This document shows positions 48,772-64,000 of a stretch of DNA of 64,000 nucleotides, piece by piece (the first letter of the stretch is position 1; each line of letters starts with the position of its first letter). Origin of the DNA: Catajapyx aquilonaris (lineage: Eukaryota); assembly GCA_000934665.2 (NCBI GenBank), contig JYFJ02001138.1, forward strand, positions 1 through 64,000, in the 5' to 3' direction. The translations under genes were made by a program, and so were the position numbers. The notes under the pieces are model-generated. The model saw only the letters and a list, made by a program, of their open reading frames with translations. It was not told where the DNA came from and searched no databases.

Positions 48772-51700
48772 TATTATCTGGTGCACATGATATTATGTAA
48801 TCCAATGGAGCCGTATCATTGCAAAAAAATATATATCAAAAGTTGCTGCATCCTCATCGATTTTTCATGCTGGCGAAGACATCTTTTAAAGAATATACGT
48901 CAGTACAATTATTATTTTAGAACAATGCGAAACAATACCTTTGGCAGCAAAATGTAGTGTTGTCTTTGCCCGCATGTAAAACATACTAGTCATATTACGT
49001 ACTGTACCGTACATGTTTCAAATTCGAATCCTTAAACCGCATGCCTATAGTAAAAAGCCTATATATATATATATATTATACAGTATGCACAGAAAGCATT
49101 TTCTGGCTTAGTGTTCGCACTTTCTCTATTCTATCAGTAATGAGGATGAATACACCTCAGTGCTAATCAGAGGTGAGAGACAAAGGGAGTCACAATAAAC
49201 TAGAATGCCATAAATAACTTAATTAATTAAATTCCACGTCACTTTATCTTCCAGTTTGTATGCCTCAATTTATCCAGTTATATAATGCAACTAATTATTA
49301 AGAATGTGGCAAATAGACTACCGGTACTGTATAATACCGGTATCAAAGTGTTGCTGGTAACGTAACTCCACAGAACATTGTCCATTCGAGAACCCAATTT
49401 TATAACAGGAAGTACTGTACAACATCAGTACTGTAGTATGCACCCAGGTCACTTGGTCAACTAAACTTCGGACCCGATTAGGCTTTCGATCTGATTTGCC
49501 ACAGCTGATTATCCCATTTTATAAAAACTGTCCATACAATATTTAAATTATAGAAGAATCAGCACCATGTTCATAAACATGTAACATTTTAGACTAGTTA
49601 TTATTTGATGACCTACGATGCACCTTCATTATGATAATAGCACTATCGTAATATGTGGAGCTAAATTCGACCAGTCTGAATCGCGAGCGACCTGTATAGC
49701 CCGAGTGCATGCCTTGGACCTACGTACTTCCCCTCTTCAGCCACCGGAGAATTGAGCCACAAAGATGGTTTCGGAAGCGTGGCGTCCCGAATTGGGGTAT
49801 TAATATCGCCAAGCAGGCAGTATAGGGGGCCGGGTAAACCCCAAGCGAAACGATGTTTCAGAGTATTGGAAAATGGAATCTGTAGGGACCCCGTCCCCAC
49901 TGGCGACTCGAAGCCTTTGCTGAATTGAGACAGCTTGAAAAGGAGGAGACCATAGTCCATACAGCAGAATTGAAGCTGGAAACAGCAGTGCAAGCCCAAG
50001 AGGCCCCAGGAGGCGCCCCTGGGGCCCAGGCGGACATCCATCGGACCCCCAACCCCTGAGGTGAAGGGGGGAGGCGGGACTCACCACTCACTCAAAAAGG
50101 GCCATCAGGTCTCTCTCTATACCCTCTCTACATTTTAACCTAATGGTGGATATTATCGCCCCGGGATGCTGAGCTTCTGTTCTCCAACTTGTTCGGGAAG
50201 AAAAAGAAAAGACCAAGAACACCTCGTGTTCTAATTTCGCTGGTCATATGGCAAGTGGCACTCAGGTAAGTGAGTGAGTGAGAGACATGGACACCGCCTC
50301 TTCTCAAGGCTATAGTAGACCTGAAGACTTGAAATGAACGGACAGGAACAAAGGAGATGATGAAGAGGTACCTGCCCTATGGACCCCCTGTCCCGAATTG
50401 CTTCTTCCACCACCAACCACCCTACTATCGGCTTTGGAAGATTAGGAATAGACAAATCCTTTGGTTTCTGCTGGGTCAAGTCTTCACCGCTGTCACCTCG
50501 GGGAATGCACCTTTATCCACACCCTTTCCCAACCATTCTTTCCTATCTGTCTCAAACATCCTCGGAGGAGTGACCCGGAGCACTGGCTATTGTCCAAACA
50601 TTCCTCCGATTGGAACACACAAAAAAATGCAATTAAAACCTAGTCGAAACTGAACACTTTCACAGCAATTCTCACACCAAAAACAACAATAAAAAGAATG
50701 AAGTGTAGCCCCCCCTAATTTCCGTTTCCGGTGGCTGAAGTGAAGCAAGGGTCGATGGGGGTCAGAGTTTTTCAAAAGTTGCTACTGCGACTGTAGCAGA
50801 GCACAAAGGGTGGCGGACAAAGTGGCCAGATGGGGTGATGGCTGGTGATGGGAGTCGCGGGTGGCCAGGTGGACGGGACACTCACTGCCCTCAGCTGGGC
50901 GCTCGATTGTCGACCCCTCCCGATGCCCACGTACTGAAGGGGAAGTCACGTGTTGACACAAGCGACCGATCCCCCTTTCGATATATACACATACACCGAA
51001 AAATGAGCTATAGGGGGGTTAGCTCAGCACACGCCATCTTGCAACTCTCAAGAGTGCAAATGGCCCCCCTCTCGGTGAGCAACGATGCAAAGTCTGTTGG
51101 AATTGGGGCAAAGTAGGCCGCAACATAGAATAAACAAACCGTAGGCTGTATCATGGAGCGTAATTATCACCCCCGCCCCTTTCTAATCCGATAACATTGA
51201 GTTAGAAGCGAGTTAGTTTGGGGAGACGTGGGAAGCCGGCAGTAAACGAGTAGGAAAATCGCCTTAGAGAGATAATTTTGCTGGCGGCGGGATGGGATTA
51301 GGCTTATTCCTCCTTGGCCGTGTGGACACACAGATTCTGCTACCAGTGTTCCACCTAAGCTTCTTTCGCTGTTTAAACGAGACCTATGCCACCCCGTAAC
51401 CCTTATTATCCCGCCCTCAACACCACTTCGCCACCCTCGCATTTTCGCACCACACCTTGCTCACTTCACCCCTATCGACAATCCCCTTGGGGATGTTTCA
51501 CACCACGTCCAGCAGCCTCAGCTCTATGCAGGCCTCTTCTACATATTGCCCATTGCTTCCGTTTCAAGAAACCTAATATCCTATAATATTATCCAAATTA
51601 ATAAGTTTAACTAAACGGNGGGGGGGGCAGTTCAATGCGGATAAGGGAACTGTTCCGTAAAGCTAATCAACAAAAATGTGCCGGTGGCCGAAACAGATTT

Positions 51701-54384
51701 TAGGCTATAACCATTTCGAGCTCTCTTTTCGCCTATTACGTGTAGCCATGCAGAATCAATTCGCAAAATTATCGCGCACATTAGATAGGAAAACCTGGAT
51801 GCAACATGACTGTGCTTTGGATAATGTGTATAGTTGGACGAATCTGCAAAAGCAATCAATGAAATGCGTACTCTTTTTGTAGACGCCACATTCGTTTTGA
51901 GTATGGCATCAATAATATGAAATTACCGATGTGTTCTGTGGGTCTATTACACAGCACTATATGTTGAGATCGATGCGTGCTGGTATACTGTGCGTCGGCT
52001 CCATATGATTGTGCACATAGCACACAAATACACTATATATTCATTTTGCCAAGTATACGAACTCCAATTGAGCAAATCAGATATTAGTCGTCAGGTGCGT
52101 AATACGTACAGTGGGTTCCAAGCACGGTTCCAAGACGGTGGTTCCAAGTATCAGAGTCATTTTAGTTATAGCGAATTTCGCCATAAGTTGTTATTTTTTG
52201 TGTAGCTTTATGCGCCCCGATGCAGGTGCCCAATTACGCCCATATATGGTCGAATATAGAAGCTGCTATATAATGTGGCACCTCGATCGGAGCGCAAAAA
52301 GTTGCACAAAAAATAATGACAACTTTGGGCTAAATTCGCGATAACTAAAATGACCCGAGCACTTGCAACACACTCTACAGGCGCATATAGAGATACACTG
52401 CGATGTTCGCTTGTTTATACAAGTATACAGTAATATACTCCTGTTATACCATACACGAAATTATTTATGCGTCATACGCGTGCAAGATAATTACATATTA
52501 TTTCATATAAATACAAATACAGTGTAGAATACGTGATCACAAACTGAAGCAGTTGCTTTAACGAAAGATACACGTAATCACCAGAAAAATTTGCAATGGA
52601 TCCTCAACCATTATTCACCTGAATATTGATGTTATTTAGGCCAGGCTGCGCAAATTCATGTAGGAAATATTCCCTTAATTTTTTATGTTGATATAACAGT
52701 GCTTAGAAAACAGTCATATAAGGGCCGCGAATTATTATTGATAAACAGAAATGTCTCCTGCTCAAATCGTTTCCCAGTATTTGGGCCATTATAAAGTAAC
52801 TTACCAACTAACATATTAGAGAAACAGTTTGCTTTTGTGGTCCAACAGAATATTGAATAGCCCCATAAATATGTTGAAAACACGCTGTTCTTTTCCCAAT
52901 CATGCGAATCTATCTGCGGGAGTAATTTCTTATATAAAGCTTATGACAACTTCTCGAGCAGCCAAAAATAGCACTATTATAAAGGCAAGTGTAACTCAGT
53001 AAATACTAGTATAATTATCTGAACTGATTAAAATAATATGGTTGGAATGAAAGGCCAACAATAATATTCACTGATCAGAAACCAATTTGTTGAAAAATAT
53101 CAATCTATTCGCACTTAAACACTCATTTAAAATTAGAACAATGCACGTGAGTGGAACAATTAGGGTTGAAAAACGCGTCGCTTAATTTTATCCCTCATTT
53201 TTATAGCTGTCCATTACTTTTGTAAATGTTGATTCAGCGCAATAATTCGTCACTGTTCTCTAGAATTGTGTGGACTACAGCCTATACTGTTGACATCCAT
53301 ATAGGGCTTATGCCATTGTCTTTATTTGGACTATCGCTATCGATCGATATGGCGAACATATAGACGCTAATTTTTATTAATTAACTACGTATAATAAGCT
53401 TCTATTTCATTACCTCGAGGCACATACAGTATATATTATGTTTGTGTGATGCTCTGTTAGAAATTTTTAAAAAGTGGACATTCAACAAAATATTTTATTG
53501 CAGACTATTTCAGTCATCCCATTCGGCAGCTTTAATGACGCTATTTTACAAACCTGTGGACTGTGAATTTTTCCAACTCGAATAATTATTATAACGGTCA
53601 TATGGGTATATTGATGCAAAAATCTAATTCTCTTGTTTGACTCTACACTCTTTAGGTAGGAAAATTAGATTTACTTTTGAATGCAAATTGTTATTTCCAT
53701 GTATCGGGAATAAAGGCCTTGCTATTAAAAGGGACCATATTCCCAAAAAGTATTAACCAGCTAGACATATGCAGTTAAAACTCGTTCCGTTTCCACGTAT
53801 ATCATTTAATGAATAACGAAACCAAGTGCGAACGAGTATATGCCCCGAATAGTGTGCACAAAAGCTCACAGCAAAGCTCGATGTGCTAAAATAGTGACTC
53901 AATAGCATCACATAGTATGCAGGGTCATGCGGTCAGAATATGTCCATGTTAAAATAACCAACTCCAGCATGCTAACTAACTATATTGCAAAACAACATTG
54001 GCAAAATAAAAGCCCCCCCAGGTCCACCAATAGCAGAATCAGCAGGTCCATACAATTGACCAAGAGATTAGTAAAAGTAGAGTTTTTGGTGGTGCAGGGC
54101 TGACAATGCGTCCATCCGTCCATCTCCCACAAGTAATTTGTGGCCAGGGATTTAGCCCCTGACCTCCCCAAACAAGATTGGAATGTAGATAAGTGGCTTG
54201 AAGAAGGTGGGACTTGGAAGGCCCAATGTCAGCGTCCTGTGACCCTAGACCCTCACCCTCCTACCCCCCCAATCCTTCTCCACCCCTACAGTCTACCTGT
54301 CCCCTCCTCCTCCTCCTTGCCTTCCCTTGCCTGCTTTGCACCCCTTTCTCTGGACTTCCCCGAGGTCCCGTCCCAACCTTATTT

Positions 54385-54550
54385 TGCGACAGTCAGTCAG
54401 TTCAGTAGGTGTTTGTGCTTTCAGGAGAACAGGACCAGTTATCGTGGGACTCCGATCGGTAGTCGGTACAGGTCAGTTTACCCTCCAGAAATTTTCTTGG
54501 GTCTCTCGCGGACCATTCGTGCACGATGTTCGTTTAGAATTCAACGTGAG
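54385..54550 (+). promoter_or_regulatory. Candidate proximal promoter and UTR exon of Otx
   Basis: Tandem arthropod Inr-like TCAGTC/TCAGTT after a pyrimidine-rich tract; possible donor near 54546-54551. Confidence 0.4.
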
Positions 54551-57500
54551 GTGTGTGTGTGTATATATTTTTTTAAAGGTCAAAATGGGGGAGTACATAA
54601 CTGTCTACTGCTCAATTTGTTCATAACTCGTGGCGTTTTCGCTGTTCATTTAATACCATGTTTCTCAGCACACAGTTGCTTGGGGCCATAAGTTCTTCTG
54701 AATGTCATAATTACTGTGTATTAGACGACAATAGCCATATAATTCCTTATGCTGATCTGATTAAGAGCTTTCAGAGTTTCTAAGCGGCTGTATTTTTTTT
54801 TGCGATATTTCTCCAGGGGGTTGTAATATGCAGCGCTTTCTTTTTTGAATGCGGCAAGTGTAAAATGGTTTTCAATACATCCAACATGTAATCAATGTAC
54901 ATTTATCTGCTTAATCCTACCCCAGGCCTGAAGTTTATGTGCATAACTGTTTAACATGGACATAAAGTCTGCTAAGAGCAATAAAAATTAAGTAGGGATC
55001 ATTAACAGGAGCGCTTCCATTCATGTTATTTATTTATTGGGAGGGACTCAGTGACCCGTTTCAACCGCCTCCGTGAAGAAAAATATTTTTTTTTCCACTA
55101 AGCTGAGTTCAAACAAGCGAAATATTCTGGTGAGGGTCACGTTTGGATAGAGCAACTCTAGCCCATGTAACTATGAAAATACAAATTGCAGGAGTTAAGA
55201 GTCAGTGACAGGCACCTGGGGCGTCTCATCCTGCCTCCATTTCTTTTTATCTGCGCTTTTCATCTAGCAACAATGGTGATATTTCTTGCATGCATCCTCG
55301 CGCGTGATTAATGTTATTGGGAATCTACTGTTCAGAGGAGGTTATACAGGAGGTAAAGGAGGGAGGGGGGGGTGGAGGTAAGGAAAAGGGGTGTGAAGAA
55401 GGTGCAGGAGGCTGCTGGCAGAGCTGCTAAAAAGATTCTTTGCAAAGGGGCTTAGGGGGCATTAAAAGGACGATCAGGATAATAGTTGTCAATGTTGTCA
55501 GGCGCTAGGGCTGCTTGTGGACGCTTCTTTCTCGGACACCTGCTCGAAGGCAAGTCATCCTGTCGTTATTTTGTGCCACTTTCTTGACGTCTAAGAAGAG
55601 AAAACGTGCGCCTTCTTTTTTTTAATGCCTGACTCGAAGCTTCGAAATAACTCGAGACATTGCTTTCAGAAAACAGGCGGTTAAATATTCATGTCGGCAG
55701 CCACTGCATCCATGTGTGCTCAGAGCATTATTCATAATTTAGTGTTCAGCAAATATTTCTAAATAGCTTACTTTACCGTTTGTAACTTATTTGGAATGCA
55801 GTAGTGTGAATATAAACTGTTGTGATATCATATGTAGGATCACATGAAACACACAGTATAAAACAGCCTGAATTGGCTAGTAATATCCTAATTTAATTTC
55901 AGTACATTTTTCATTACTTACATATCCACAAAATTATATTAATTACAAGTGACGGTTTTGCACAAACAACTGTAGCCTATTCGCAATTCAACTGAAATTT
56001 TAGGTAAAATTGATCATATGCTGGGGTGTGCGGATTTTTTAGAGGGTCACCTGCTATATTGGAATCAGCATTATTATCGAGAGATTATCGCGCCTTTTAA
56101 CACCGGTTATATGCACTTTATATGATTTTAAAAACTCATTATACTGAAAATGTATATTATGCTACCTGCAATTTTAAAAGCTGTTCACGTGGTCATGCGC
56201 ACTATCCCTATCGTATGTTTGAAGACTTCATGGGCTTGTTCATGGGCAGATTTTGAGCTTTTTCAGTGTTGTCACGGTCAAAATGTATTCTATCGTGGGC
56301 AAAAAGGCAAAGGCGTTCCATCACGAAAGATATCATATTAATTCACTACAAAATCGGTGATGACTCAATCTTGATGTTAGTTAGAGTATACAGTAACAGC
56401 ATTGGAACTTATCCTCCTGGATTTCCAAAGCGCTCATGATGCGGAAGGTTTTTTATCTCTTTGATTGCAATTCAATAGGTCTGCATTCGTGCGATATAAT
56501 GTTTTAAATTTCACATGCACAACGTGAGTTTAAACGCGAGGTAAAATTGTCATTAAAATAATGAGAACGCAATGTAATATGCGCAAAACCATATTCAGTG
56601 CTTGTTATTTTCCGTTATTCACTTTGTGCCGCTCTGTTTGCTAACAGCACAGATTTGTAATGCCTTATAAGATATATTAAATTTAAAAAATATTAATCCT
56701 ATGTCTAACGCGATCGTTTTGAACCACTGCGGAAGCAGTATATTATAGTTATATTATCGCATGATGTAATGACATTGGCTGTAGCGAAAAGGAACTGAAC
56801 ATGACAGAACATGTTACTTTTTTCACCGTATTTTGAAACGACACGAAAGTCTGGTATCTCGCATGTAATTATTTCTCAGTTCTCAGCCAGTGAGTCTTAA
56901 AATTTGAATATTGCGCCACATAAAATGTTTATTTATAATTTATATCGATTTATTAACTATACAGTATAATCAAAAGGGTTAATGTAATTTATTAGGGTAC
57001 GGAATTTGGTCCCCATCAAATCCTTCTGGATATACAGGGCATGTAAATAAATAAAATGGCGAGTAGCAATTAGACAGTTTCATCAAATAAACATTCTAGG
57101 CCAATCAAGTTTTGCAAGTAATTCTACTTTGCTAATTTATCGTCAAACCATCAATTGAGAGCACGTACACAACATTTCAATTAGCAAATTTCGATTGGCG
57201 TTCCGATATTGCTGCCAATATTGCGCACTTTTACGCAGACGTTAGGCCTAGACGCATGGCCGGATGGCCTAATCTAGGCGCAGACCTATATAGTCAGTGA
57301 AAGGAGACAGTAGTTCGCCTCCCATCCCCGAGGCAGAAGACAGTCTAGCCGCCTCTAGACTTAGCGTGTCTGAAATACTGTAGGTCGCGGGTACAGAGTC
57401 TCCAGACATACCGACGCGGGATATAGTCTGGCGCCTAAATGTGTCACAATAAGACAGTGTCGCCTTTTGACCCCTGAAGGTAGCGTCTACTTTTAGGTAC

Positions 57501-58689
57501 CAAAAGGCATTTCGGATATCCCCGCCTTCCTAAAGTGAGTGCGGGGTTAGTGCGTGAAGGGTTTTAGTTTCAAGGCTGAACGTGCATAAGAGGACAAAGG
57601 CACGGAGGTGTACAATACCGACGGATGAAGCTGTTAGCTGTGACAAGTAAGACATGGGATGCGATGCCGCGGCGATGAGTTGGAAGAAACCACTCGGATC
57701 AATTAGAGTCCCGCCTTCAAAGGAGACTCGGACAAAAGGAGAGCCCAGAAGCTCCGGCTACCGAATTCAGCCCGGGCCTGTTATCCATCTTTACAAGGAG
57801 ACACTGACACCATCATTGCAGGATGACCACGCGACTTTTTTACGCCCAGAGCGGCCATCTTGGTCAGGCTTCACTAACTTGTTGGGACAACTCATCCGTC
57901 ATTTTGACTCATGCTTGTCAGCTTTGCGGTATTACTATCGATATGACTGGGGATGGAATGGGCTAGAAAATGGCGTAATCGACATGTTGAAGCATGTTTT
58001 GCAACAGTATAGAGCATCAGTCGTCTATTGTTTGTAATTCTTGGCTAGTTCCATTAGTGCGATGTGAGAGGTGCTAATCGGGCTTACGAAGTAGGTAGGT
58101 AAGGTAGGTATAGTAAGCAACAGGAGCCGCCAGGCTGCATTCCGAAAGGCAGATTGGCGAAATGAATTGGCAGCGCCACAAAACCGACGGGGAATCAGGT
58201 GGCTGGGCTGGCTGCTCTTAAATAAACATTAAGAAGGATCGGTAGAGAGAAAGAAGAGATTCCCTAGACGTGAATGACGCTAACTACTTGGCCGTGACTT
58301 TAGGGGCCACCACAACAAACATTCGGGGAGCCTCTAATCTGACCCAAGCTCTTCATAAAAATAACCACTCTTGATGGACATAGGTGACACCCTTATTTGA
58401 CCAATTGATTTATGGCTCTCGCGTGTGTAGATCTTTATCACCATCATCCGATAGACTCCCATTAGGAAAATAGCGGATTTGCACTATTATTGTTGTTTTA
58501 GCGCCATGCTCCTATGGCAGTTTGTCTGAATATTTCGGGTAATGCGACACTTATTTATATTTTTAAAAAATGTTTCATTTTCAGGCCTATCGTCTCCAGT
58601 GTCATCTAGGAACGACTAGCGACAGCAGCTGGTGAGTCCTCGTAGGGCTCCCCAAAGGCTTCAAGCTGCTTCCCGTGTCTTTCCGCGCC

Positions 58690-62931
<4,242 letters not shown>

Positions 62932-64000
62932 TGGACACGTGTTCAACAGGTCACGGACGAAGACGAGCGGGATGGACTATCACTTGTATGCTCAACATCC
63001 ACCGTGTGAGTCAAAGTCACGGTTGTGTTACTAGAGATTCCTTACCCTTTGTCCCATCATAGAAAGGAGAGTGTCAAAATATAGAAAGAAATAAGAGAGA
63101 CTAAAAGTGGAACATACAGGGTTGTTTCGGTACTGCACTTGGTTGGGATTTATAATTAAAAAAAGGGAATCATAAATGCACGGGGTCATCGTATCTCCCT
63201 CCTGCACTTGACGTAAATATTGTGACTTTGGATAGGTTTGGCTTTCATTCCTGCACTGCTTTAACGCTAACACACGGGTATATTATTCAGGAATGATTCG
63301 GTAAGATATAGCTCTCGCTCAGATGTACAGGGTGGGAAACATAACGCCGTAATGGCTTGAAATTTCATCGCGTGATACGACGCGATCAATCAGTGCAGTT
63401 TCTATCACATCTTGACATAGCATCCGAAAGGCCTGTATAGGTGGGTAATGTAAGATCTTGGGGTTCACTGCACTCGTATACGTAAAGTATAGAGTACAGA
63501 CATAAATAATTAAAAAAATACGTAGGCCTAATCATATTAAAATTAAGTCCAGTCTTTTGTTAATAATAAGTTATTACACAACCTAATCTTCATTAGCCTA
63601 CAGCAACATCACTTGCTGTAAGACATGGCAATGAATTGACCAGGTTGGGTTGATAACTACCCTAGGATTAAATTTTAAAATAAATTGATTATTGCAAGTT
63701 GCATTGCTGCTGTCGTGAGTGTATAGAAAATATGATCGCATGTACAGTAATGTGGACGAGCGTCAAGCATTTTTGACATGTGAATGGTGCTGGCCACGTT
63801 ACTTAACTGCACATCTAAATCTGCCCTGCCAAAAACGCAGTAACGGATACTTGGACATGGGTTACATGCAGTGAAAGTTGCAGAGTGTGGCAAGACTCAT
63901 TGTCAGAGCTTTTTGTTGAGATATTGCGGTCGCAAAATCGTAGTAACAAAAATATGATGTGTTTAATTTTCGAGTCACTGGAAAATTGTCTAATATGCAG

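Noticed and set aside
49661..50091. GC-rich ORFs as an alternative coding exon of Otx
   Set aside because: The best plus-strand frame lacks an ATG and is closed by stops on both sides; no Otx-like motif
54140..54691. 183-aa ORF
   Set aside because: GTG start, low-complexity pyrimidine-rich sequence overlapping a promoter-like region; no recognisable homology

Overview
Eukaryotic invertebrate DNA, most likely arthropod, so most entries in the bacterial-style ORF track are spurious. Two spliced protein-coding genes can be assembled by hand with GT-AG introns and consistent phases. The first is a hemomucin/APMAP (strictosidine-synthase-like) gene on the minus strand (5 coding exons, 15466->5966, 421 aa). 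The second is an orthodenticle/Otx K50 homeobox gene on the plus strand (3 coding exons, 58690->62931, 379 aa). Between them lie a tRNA-Gly(CCC) gene (18470-18540) and about 40 kb of non-coding, comparatively TE-poor DNA with GC-rich islands, which looks like the Otx regulatory landscape. The left ~22 kb is packed with nested mobile elements: a decayed Tc1 with a CACTG element inside it, a Chapaev3 relic, a piggyBac-type shell holding a SINE and two MITEs, a Helitron 3' end, V-domain tRNA-SINEs with TSDs, and many MITEs. The best hunt results are (a) a covarying 3' stem-loop plus CAYGGGGTA motif shared by three different retroposons, (b) a dense Smad-box (AGAC/GTCT) cluster upstream of Otx, (c) a CTCF-like site plus tDNA at the TE-rich/TE-poor transition (candidate boundary), (d) a genomic CCA after the tRNA, and (e) a Pho/YY1 site cluster over Otx. 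No wholly new system is demonstrable from sequence alone; these are testable candidates.
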